A stretch of 32,505 nucleotides of DNA, from the IMG/VR virus record IMGVR_UViG_3300042393_000449, positions 1 through 32,505 of that record; one strand, written 5' to 3'. Under the pieces are notes generated by a model. The model was not told the origin of the DNA and did not search any database. It saw only the letters and a program-made list of their open reading frames with translations. How positions within the stretch are numbered: the stretch's first letter is position 1; each line of letters starts with the position of its first letter. Shown in pieces: positions 1 to 7,264 of the stretch. Source of the DNA: a virus. Lineage: Duplodnaviria; Caudoviricetes. A program made the position numbers and the translations under genes.

Positions 1-135
1 GAATTTATCCGGCGCGAATTTATCCGGCGCGAATTTATCCGGCGCGAATTTACGAAGCGCGGATTTATCCGGCGCGAATTTACGAAGCGCGAATTTACGC
101 AACGCGAATTTACGCAACGCGGATTTATCCGGCGC
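1..135 (+). repeat. 15-bp tandem repeat (consensus GAATTTATCCGGCGC) encoding pentapeptides A-[N/D]-L-[S/R]-[G/S/N]; continues from 32390-32505
   Basis: Nine contiguous 15-nt units at 1-135; 11 units in total once the ends are joined. Confidence 0.97.
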
Positions 136-340
136 GGTAAAAATTCCGATTCATTGCAAATGGACGCACGGCATAACAGAAAACAAAATTCATATCGGCT
201 GCGAAAAAAGATCCGTCGAAGAGTGGGAAACATTTTTTAATTCAAATGAAGAATTATCGACGCCACGCTGGACGGAAGAGTTTAAACAAATTCAAGCCGT
301 ATTCGAATCATACAAAGCATATTTAAACTTTTTGAAATAA
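2..340 (+). CDS. Pentapeptide repeat protein, 3' part (joins 32280-32419; 159 aa on the circle)
   Basis: Frame reads ...[66 protein letters not shown]...LNFLK with TAA at 338-340; absent from the ORF track because it is split. Confidence 0.92.
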   Translation, partial: NLSGANLSGANLSGANLRSADLSGANLRSANLRNANLRNADLSGAVKIPIHCKWTHGITENKIHIGCEKRSVEEWETFFNSNEELSTPRWTEEFKQIQAVFESYKAYLNFLK

Positions 341-507
341 TGAAGACATTCACAAACTCCGAAACATTGTCCCGTAAATACGCGGGACAATTCAACATTA
401 AGCCGTCCGGCGTAAAATTTCAGCCGATCCAACGAGTTGAAACGGCGGAACTATTCTTTACAGACTTACGCGGGTGGGCGCGACGAATTTTAAAATTAGA
501 TCGATGA
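340..507 (+). CDS. Hypothetical protein, 55 aa ([21 protein letters not shown]...LKLDR)
   Basis: ATG overlaps the previous stop (TAATG); its TGA overlaps the next ATG (ATGA at 504-507). Confidence 0.65.
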   Translation: MKTFTNSETLSRKYAGQFNIKPSGVKFQPIQRVETAELFFTDLRGWARRILKLDR

Positions 508-665
508 ACCTTCAATATTTACACACGTCCCCAGGCGAATTTTTTACGCCGTTGAAAAAATATAAAATATTAAACGTATTTTCGCGACACTTTCAAATAT
601 TCGACGATCGCGGAAACCCGCGATTAATTTTAAAAAATAATAAATTATTTATTCAATGCAAATGA
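504..665 (+). CDS. Hypothetical protein, 53 aa (MNLQYLHTSPGEFF...)
   Basis: ATGA overlaps at both ends; ATG 504 preferred over the track GTG at 474. Confidence 0.6.
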   Translation: MNLQYLHTSPGEFFTPLKKYKILNVFSRHFQIFDDRGNPRLILKNNKLFIQCK

Positions 666-829
666 CTAGACAACAACGGCGCGCCACGATGCGAGAATGG
701 CAAAAATTAACGCCGCAGCAGCAACAACAAAAGATCGATCGATACATCGAAATAAACAAACCAAAGAAAAGTTTGAAATACGTCGCGATTTCTATCTTAT
801 TATTAATTTTAATTTTATGTTCATGTTAA
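662..829 (+). CDS. Small protein with hydrophobic C-terminus, 55 aa (MTRQQRRATMREWQKLTPQQQQQK...ISILLLILILCSC)
   Basis: ATGA overlap at 662-665; open to TAA 827-829. Confidence 0.6.
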   Translation: MTRQQRRATMREWQKLTPQQQQQKIDRYIEINKPKKSLKYVAISILLLILILCSC

Positions 830-930
830 ACGAAGACCAGGAGGAACAATTAACGAAGGCGTTTTTAATCGCCGTTATTTTCGTTTTAATTTCGATGTCT
901 GTCATAGCTTATTTATTGTTTTGGCGGTAA
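817..930 (+). CDS. Small single-TM membrane protein (M[FM]LNEDQEEQLTKAFLIAVIFVLISMSVIAYLLFWR)
   Basis: ATG at 817 or 823 overlapping the previous stop; about 20-residue hydrophobic run. Confidence 0.5.
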   Translation: MFMLNEDQEEQLTKAFLIAVIFVLISMSVIAYLLFWR

Positions 931-2339
931 CGACACTTTTTAAACCATTTGCGAAACAGTTGCTTTTTATCGAAGCGCTATTTTCGCGCAAATATACGTT
1001 TGTTTTATTCGGCGGCGCGATTCGTGGCGGAAAAACATTTGCCGGCCTTGGCGGTTTTATTCTGTTAGCGAAAAAATATCCGGGTTCACGTTGGGCCGTC
1101 GTTCGGACGGATCTTCAAACTTTGAAGCGTAATACGATACCGTCATTTTTTAAGATATGTCCGGAATCGTTTATAAAAAATTATAACCAGGAAAAACAAA
1201 TCGTAACTTTTACCAATGGATCACAACTTTTGTTTTTTGGCGAGAATTTCGCCGACGATAAAGAATTGAACAGATGGAAGGGACTTGAAGTAAACGGATT
1301 TTTATTCGAAGAAATAAACGAATGTCAGGAAAAAACGTTTTATAAGGCAATAGAGCGCGCCGGATCACATTTGATTCCTGGAATCGCAAAAGAAGACCAA
1401 CCGGCGCCAATTATCGCGGCGACATGTAATCCGACGCAAAATTGGGTAAAAGACAAAATTTATAATCTTTGGAAGTTGGGAAAGTTGCCGATAAATTGGC
1501 TTTATATTCCGTCAAAAATATTCGACAATCCATACATTACAGACGAATACATCGAAGCGCTTAAATCTATGCCGTCGTATGAATACGAAGTCTTTGTAAA
1601 CGGCGATTGGGACATCACTTTAAAAAGTGGCGGCGAATTTTACAAATCGTTTGCGATGGACGATCATATCGTCGATGTCGAATACAATCCGGATTTACCT
1701 TTACACATATCATTTGACGAAAACGTCAATCCGTACATAACCGCGACGGCGTGGCAAGTGTACGGCGACAATAAAAAAGAATTAAAACAGATTTCAGAAT
1801 TTTGTTTAACGTCGCCGAACAACACACTTTCGAAGTTATGCCAGGCGATCGACGCGGAATTTTATTCGCATAAATCCGGAATGTTCATTTACGGCGATGC
1901 GACATCGAAAAAACAAGACACGAAGCTAGAAAAGGGACACAATTTTTTTACGCTTATACGCGATTATTTAACGAAATTTCGACCGGTCCTTCGTGTTCCT
2001 TCGGCGAATCCTTCAGTTGTTATGCGCGGAAATTTTATAAATCAGGTATTCGAAAAAGGTTTCGACGGCGTTTCGATCGCGATTTCGTCCAATTGTAAAA
2101 ACACAATAAAGGACTATATTAACGTAAAAGAAGACAACGACGGAACAAAAAAGAAACAAAAGATCATGAACGCCGAAACAAAAGTTTCCTACGAACAATT
2201 CGGACATACTTCGGACGCCAACGACTATTTTATAATCGAGTGCGTTAAATCGTCTTATTTGCTATATCAAAACGGACGGCAGACTTTCGATCATGTTTTA
2301 ATCGGTAAAGGCGTTGAAAAAGAAAATAATTCGTATTAA
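921..2339 (+). CDS. terL: Terminase large subunit
   Basis: Walker A GGAIRGGKT, Walker B FLFEEINE, motif III TCNP, nuclease acidic motifs (ISFDEN, YGDAT, HTSDA); upstream of head genes; TTG start. Confidence 0.93.
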   Translation: MAVTTLFKPFAKQLLFIEALFSRKYTFVLFGGAIRGGKTFAGLGGFILLAKKYPGSRWAVVRTDLQTLKRNTIPSFFKICPESFIKNYNQEKQIVTFTNGSQLLFFGENFADDKELNRWKGLEVNGFLFEEINECQEKTFYKAIERAGSHLIPGIAKEDQPAPIIAATCNPTQNWVKDKIYNLWKLGKLPINWLYIPSKIFDNPYITDEYIEALKSMPSYEYEVFVNGDWDITLKSGGEFYKSFAMDDHIVDVEYNPDLPLHISFDENVNPYITATAWQVYGDNKKELKQISEFCLTSPNNTLSKLCQAIDAEFYSHKSGMFIYGDATSKKQDTKLEKGHNFFTLIRDYLTKFRPVLRVPSANPSVVMRGNFINQVFEKGFDGVSIAISSNCKNTIKDYINVKEDNDGTKKKQKIMNAETKVSYEQFGHTSDANDYFIIECVKSSYLLYQNGRQTFDHVLIGKGVEKENNSY

Positions 2340-2341
2340 AG

Positions 2342-2371
2342 TTTGTTAATTAAAAATAATTATTATATTTG
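2342..2371 (+). promoter_or_regulatory. Bacteroidota-type sigma-A promoter
   Basis: TTTG 2342-2345 and TATATTTG 2364-2371 (TAnnTTTG), 18-nt spacer. Confidence 0.6.
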
Positions 2372-2420
2372 CGGTACTTCTTACTGTTAGGTTTTTTTCT
2401 ATAATTACTAATCTTGGAAA

Positions 2421-2453
2421 AAGCGTCGTATTAATTTACGGCGCTTTTTTTTT
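2421..2453 (+). terminator. Intrinsic terminator
   Basis: AAGCGTCGTA-TTAATT-TACGGCGCTT stem-loop with T9. Confidence 0.85.
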
Positions 2454-2484
2454 ATTGAATAAAATTTTATTGAAAAATAAACTA

Positions 2485-2492
2485 TATCTTTG
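2485..2492 (+). promoter_or_regulatory. Possible -7 promoter element for head genes
   Basis: TATCTTTG 13 nt before ATG 2506; no well-spaced -33. Confidence 0.45.
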
Positions 2493-2505
2493 AAAAAAAA
2501 AGAAT

Positions 2506-3189
2506 ATGAGTTTTTTAATTAAAAACGATTGTAAGTCATTAATTAACGCGGCAGACTTGGCCGTCATAATTGCGTCCGACGATCTTATATTTAACCAGGC
2601 GATCAAAGCGTCGACAATCCAGGCGAAAAGCTATTTAAACAGTAGATTCGACGTCGACTCGATGTTTATCGACGTATTGGAATATTCATTTACGGAAACT
2701 TACGCGATCGGATCAAAAATTTATTTATTTGCTGCGAAGTTTATTACTACGAAAGTTTACGCCGTTGGCGACTTAGTCGAATATAACGGAATCGTTTATC
2801 GTTGTATCTTAATACCGCCGGCGTTCCAATTGCCAACGAACGCGACATATTTTACCGCCTACGGAACAAACGAACAACTTTACAACTGTATAGCTACGGC
2901 GACGGGACAACGTCCAAACGAAACGGCCTATTTTACGGCGATAGCGGATCGAAATCCGTTATTAGTACGCCTTATGGTCGATCTAGTTTTATACGAATTA
3001 CATTCACGAATAAACCCGAACAATATACCGGAATTTCGAATCGTTCGATATGATAAGGCGGTCCGCTTTTTAATGGATTCAGTCGATCCACGAAAAAACG
3101 TTAATCCGGATTTTGCTTTATTAACCTTTGAAGAAAACCGCGGAAACGATACCGTATTCGGCGCAACTATAAACAATAATTCATATTAA
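2506..3189 (+). CDS. Mu gp36/DUF1320-like head-tail connector with inserted CBM5/12-like repeats
   Basis: Flanking motifs A...AKSYLNSRFD and RNPLLVRLMVDLVLYELHSR...RYDKAVRFL; position between terL and portal; insert YAVGDLVEYNGIVYRC. Confidence 0.75.
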   Translation: MSFLIKNDCKSLINAADLAVIIASDDLIFNQAIKASTIQAKSYLNSRFDVDSMFIDVLEYSFTETYAIGSKIYLFAAKFITTKVYAVGDLVEYNGIVYRCILIPPAFQLPTNATYFTAYGTNEQLYNCIATATGQRPNETAYFTAIADRNPLLVRLMVDLVLYELHSRINPNNIPEFRIVRYDKAVRFLMDSVDPRKNVNPDFALLTFEENRGNDTVFGATINNNSY

Positions 3190-3190
3190 T

Positions 3191-4435
3191 ATGTGGCCTT
3201 TCAATAGATCAAACATCGAAGACGTTAAAAACGTCGTAAAAGAAGCGCCAACAAGGGCGCGAGTAAATGAAAAAGTTGTCGTTCGTGAATTTAGCCGCGT
3301 CAATCAAAACGTTGCAAAATGGAGGTTGGCAGTTATTACGGCCGAAGGTGTTTTAAACCCGCGAAGAACGGAATTATACAATATCTATAAAGATGTTGTT
3401 TTGGATTCACATTTGACGGCCTTAATGAACACTTTAAAATTAAAGGTTACCGGATCAAAGTTTTGGATCGTCGACAAAGAAGGCGAAGAAAACGAAGAAT
3501 TAACGAAGGCGCTTCGTTCGGCGTGGTTTCAACAATACATGGAAACATTTGTCGATTCAATGTTTTACGGTCATTCGCTTATACAGATCGGAGGGATTGA
3601 AGGAAAAAAATTCGTTAATTTGGAATTGATACCGCGCGAAAACGTAGTCCCGGAACACGGTATCGTTAAAAGCAGCGTTTACGATCATGCAACGAGCGGG
3701 ACGGCGTATCGCGAAAAACCTTACGAAACGTGGTTAATCGAAATAGGCGAAAAAAATGATCTAGGTATATTATCGAAGGCGGCGCCGTTGGTCCTATGGA
3801 AAAAGGGTATTTTTGGCGCGTGGTCCCATTTTGCGGAATTGTTCGGGATGCCGGTTCGCGTCGGAAAAACCGATATATTAAACCCGGAATCAAAAGTTAA
3901 CATGGAAAACATGTTAAAGAATATGACTTCGGCGTCTTATGCAGTTATTGGAAACGACGATATATTGGAGTTCGTTCAGTCAACGCAAACGGATTCATAT
4001 CAAGTTTATAGCGAAATGATTTTAATATTAAATTCCGAACTTTCAAAACTTGTATTAAATCAAACCGGAACGACCGACGAAAAGGCGTTCACGGGTTCGG
4101 CTAACGTTCATTTAGATATATTGAATCAAACAGTAACGGCGATTAAAACGAAGTTAGAGCGTCATTTTATGGATTCCGTTTTGCCTAAAATGATTTATTT
4201 AGGTTTATTTCCAAACGACGGATCATATTTCAAATGGGACGATTCGGAACAAATTTCGAAGGTTCAACAATTTGACATGGTAGATAAATTATTGAAAAAC
4301 GGCTACAAAATCGATCCGGAATGGATTGAAGAAACGTTTAACATTCCGGTAAACGAAGAAGAAATCGACACGGAAAAGAACGAAGACGGGACCGTTATTC
4401 AATCAGTTGAAAATCTTTATAAAGGCCTTATTTAA
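3191..4435 (+). CDS. Portal protein (DUF935 / Mu gp29-like)
   Basis: DSHL, FYGHSLIQ, W..FAELFGMPVRVGK, NSELSKLVL.QT.TT, S.ANVH motifs; 414 aa; synteny. Confidence 0.88.
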   Translation: MWPFNRSNIEDVKNVVKEAPTRARVNEKVVVREFSRVNQNVAKWRLAVITAEGVLNPRRTELYNIYKDVVLDSHLTALMNTLKLKVTGSKFWIVDKEGEENEELTKALRSAWFQQYMETFVDSMFYGHSLIQIGGIEGKKFVNLELIPRENVVPEHGIVKSSVYDHATSGTAYREKPYETWLIEIGEKNDLGILSKAAPLVLWKKGIFGAWSHFAELFGMPVRVGKTDILNPESKVNMENMLKNMTSASYAVIGNDDILEFVQSTQTDSYQVYSEMILILNSELSKLVLNQTGTTDEKAFTGSANVHLDILNQTVTAIKTKLERHFMDSVLPKMIYLGLFPNDGSYFKWDDSEQISKVQQFDMVDKLLKNGYKIDPEWIEETFNIPVNEEEIDTEKNEDGTVIQSVENLYKGLI

Positions 4436-5913
4436 TGAATTACACGGATAAACAATTAGAAGATCTAATAAACAATGTTTATGCCGGTATAATTACGCCT
4501 AAAAATTTACCTTTGGACCTTTACAACGTTACGTTAGATCGTTTAACGGCTGCGATCGTAAAAGGATTCGGAACCGACTTTGCCGAAGATAGCGCCGACG
4601 CTTTGTTATTTGAATACTACAAACACAATATAGCGATATTCAGCGGCGCGAAGACGTTTCAACAAGTCAAAGACATGACTAATTTAGTTATGACGTCAAA
4701 CGGCGTTAAACGAGATTTTTCGGAGTTCAAAAAGATAATTAAAGGCGATCAATTCCATGACGGATTGTTTAAAACGTACAACGAAAACTATTTAAAGACT
4801 GAATTTAATACGGCGTTCGCTACGGCTCAAATGGGGCGCGAATGGAACGAGTTCGCAAGCGAAGCCGAAATTTTCCCATATTTAAAATATGTAACTGTAA
4901 AAGATGAACGAGTTCGTCACAATCATAAACCATTTGACGGCGTGGTCCGTCCCGTCGGTGATTCGTTTTGGGATTCACACATGCCGCCGAATGGTTTTAA
5001 CTGTCGATGTTATGTTCTTCAATTAGAAGAAGGCGAAGAAACAACGGACACACAAATTAAAAATATGCCGGACGTGGATTCGCCTTTATTCGCTTTTAAT
5101 CCTGGGAAGTCGGGCCGTATATTCGACGAGTCGATTCATCCTTATACAAAGAACATCGAAGAACGTTACAAGGTCGACGCGGCCAAAAATTGGGGCCTAC
5201 CAACGCCGCCGAAGCCGACGAAAAAGATTAAGACGCCAACGATCGCGGCGCCGGTTGTCAAAAATCCAAACATACCGGAAAACATCGACGAAATTTTCGA
5301 CGAAAAAATAGATATAAAAGACGAATTTTGGAATTTATTAAAAAGTCCAATGAGAATCAAAAAAGGAAGTTCTTCTTTTAATCAAGGAAATAACGTCGTA
5401 ATAGATACGACCGGGCGTTTTTCAACTGAATACGGGAAAAAGAAAATATTTTACCATGAATTCGGTCACGCGATACACGATCAACAAAGATGGATAAGAA
5501 TGCCGTTTATGCCACGTGAAAAAGTTTTTGCAAATCCTATCGCGGAAAAAACTTTCACTAAGTGGGTTAAAATATTTAAAACAAAAGATCCTAAATTGAT
5601 TAACGGACTTACGGCGCATAGGGAATATTTATTCGATTTAAGGATGAAATATTCAAGTTTAAATAGTAAAGATTTAGACGAATCGATAGGCGCAGCGATG
5701 GACGTTATCGCGTCATTAACAAAGGGTATTCAAGGTTGGGGCCACGCCGTTAATTATTGGAAGGGCGGCGGCGGTTATTTTCAGTATGCGGAATTTTTCG
5801 CGCACGCCTTCGAAAATAAGTATATCGGAAACGAAGTTTTAAAAGGTGAATTTCCGGAACTTTACGACGATATGATTTTAATGTTAAACAAATTAATAGA
5901 CGAAGCAAAATGA
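4435..5913 (+). CDS. MuF (Mu gpF / SPP1 gp7-like) minor head protein with C-terminal zinc metallopeptidase-like domain
   Basis: MuF motifs YLKTEFNTA, YVTVKDERVRHNH, FW...MPPNGFNCRC, FNPG; Pro/Lys linker; HEFGH at 5455-5469 and AEFFAH near 5788-5805. Confidence 0.88.
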   Translation: MNYTDKQLEDLINNVYAGIITPKNLPLDLYNVTLDRLTAAIVKGFGTDFAEDSADALLFEYYKHNIAIFSGAKTFQQVKDMTNLVMTSNGVKRDFSEFKKIIKGDQFHDGLFKTYNENYLKTEFNTAFATAQMGREWNEFASEAEIFPYLKYVTVKDERVRHNHKPFDGVVRPVGDSFWDSHMPPNGFNCRCYVLQLEEGEETTDTQIKNMPDVDSPLFAFNPGKSGRIFDESIHPYTKNIEERYKVDAAKNWGLPTPPKPTKKIKTPTIAAPVVKNPNIPENIDEIFDEKIDIKDEFWNLLKSPMRIKKGSSSFNQGNNVVIDTTGRFSTEYGKKKIFYHEFGHAIHDQQRWIRMPFMPREKVFANPIAEKTFTKWVKIFKTKDPKLINGLTAHREYLFDLRMKYSSLNSKDLDESIGAAMDVIASLTKGIQGWGHAVNYWKGGGGYFQYAEFFAHAFENKYIGNEVLKGEFPELYDDMILMLNKLIDEAK

Positions 5914-6095
5914 TAGAATTAATAGATATAAACGAAAAATATTTAAAAAGTTTTCCAGGTGCGGAAACGTTGTTTAATTTTACGACTTCTTTTTCTATTG
6001 AAGCGTTAATAAATATTTACAACGAATCGAAAGGACGCGAAATAATTTTCACTAAATTAAAAGGATTAGATCACTATAAATATTCTTTTAAATGA
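5910..6095 (+). CDS. Small protein, candidate immunity protein for the MuF C-terminal domain
   Basis: 61 aa with ATGA overlaps on both sides, directly after the extended MuF; function inferred from position only. Confidence 0.6.
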   Translation: MIELIDINEKYLKSFPGAETLFNFTTSFSIEALINIYNESKGREIIFTKLKGLDHYKYSFK

Positions 6096-6508
6096 AAGGA
6101 AAAAAATTCAATTTCGAAGAAAAAATTCGAGAATTTAAAAAGTTCGAAAAGACGGCCCCGCGCCTTATTGGAAACATTGCGAAGATTCAATTCGTTGAAA
6201 ATTTCGATCATGAAGGATTTTCAGACGAAGCCGTCGGCTCGGATCCATGGAAAAAAAGAAAAAGAAACGATAAAAATTCGGCGCGCCGTAATATATTAGT
6301 AAAAACCGGAGCGCTGCGACGTTCTATTCGCGTCGGTCCTTCGCCAACGTTTCGACGTATTGTTATAGGATCATACGGCCTTAATTACGCCAAAATACAC
6401 AACGAAGGAAGCGGAAGGATGCCGCAAAGGAAATTTTTAGGACAATCCAGGTTATTAGATAAAAAAATAGGCGCTTTAATTCGCGCCAAAATGATAAAAA
6501 TATTATGA
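6092..6508 (+). CDS. Phage virion morphogenesis protein (Mu gpG-like)
   Basis: ILVKTGALRRSI, YAKIHNEG, MPQRKFLG motifs. Confidence 0.85.
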   Translation: MKGKKFNFEEKIREFKKFEKTAPRLIGNIAKIQFVENFDHEGFSDEAVGSDPWKKRKRNDKNSARRNILVKTGALRRSIRVGPSPTFRRIVIGSYGLNYAKIHNEGSGRMPQRKFLGQSRLLDKKIGALIRAKMIKIL

Positions 6509-7014
6509 TAAAATCAATTTATACAGACGTTCGCGATCGGATCGCGACGGAATTAAGCGAAGAAATTAAAACGGTCGGAATGTTTAATCGTCAATTCGAC
6601 AACGAAAGAACTGAAATTCCGTTTCTTTTTCCTTGTGTATTCGTCGAATTTTCCGACATATCTTATACGACCGAAGCGTCGGCAATTCAAAAAGGTAAAA
6701 TCGAAATGACTTTACATGTCGGATTTCACCAATTAGTCGAAGATTTATCGATGTTCGACATTCAACAAGCCGTAACGGCGAAAATTCACGGTTGGAGCGC
6801 CGGAAACGTTGGATCATGGACGCGAGTTCGTGAAATCCAGGACACGGCGCCGGGCAACGTTATTGATTGGCAAATCGTTTTTAATTCAACGTTTACAGAT
6901 ACGGATACTTATGTTCATACGGATTTAATTTCGACGGGTGGCCTAATCGAATTAGAATTGAATACAGAGCTAGACATCGACGAATTAGTAATTCGGACGG
7001 GTGACGGCGTTTAA
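6505..7014 (+). CDS. Neck / tail-completion protein (Mu gp37-like)
   Basis: FPCVFVEF motif, size and position after the morphogenesis gene. Confidence 0.6.
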   Translation: MIKSIYTDVRDRIATELSEEIKTVGMFNRQFDNERTEIPFLFPCVFVEFSDISYTTEASAIQKGKIEMTLHVGFHQLVEDLSMFDIQQAVTAKIHGWSAGNVGSWTRVREIQDTAPGNVIDWQIVFNSTFTDTDTYVHTDLISTGGLIELELNTELDIDELVIRTGDGV

Positions 7015-7188
7015 TTCGGATGCCTTTACCTTCTTTAAATCGCCGTAAATTGTCCCAGGACGAAGATACAATCTTTCGGCAATGTCGTTCACTACGGCTT
7101 CGGTTTTCTCGTTGGCGCGTTCGCGTACTTCTTTAGCGACGTCGATTCGTCGACGAACTAGATCTAATTGATTTTTTTTGCCGGACAT
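6985..7188 (-). CDS. Small putative HTH DNA-binding protein
   Basis: IAERLYLRPGTIYGDL helix-turn-helix-like pattern; fills the gap on the minus strand; A-rich region before ATG. Confidence 0.55.
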   Translation of the reverse strand: MSGKKNQLDLVRRRIDVAKEVRERANEKTEAVVNDIAERLYLRPGTIYGDLKKVKASELNAVTRPNY

Positions 7189-7264
7189 ATTTTTTTTACT
7201 TTAATGAATGAATTTAATTCGTTAAAAGTACGAATTTTATTTTAATGTAGCGTTTCTTTGTCGC

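Noticed and set aside
1-135. CRISPR array or iteron interpretation of the 15-bp repeats
   Set aside because: Units are contiguous without spacers and translate in frame as pentapeptide repeats inside an ORF
697-816. N-terminal part of track ORF 697-930
   Set aside because: This stretch is better explained by the ATGA-coupled ORF 662-829; the TM peptide probably starts at 817 or 823
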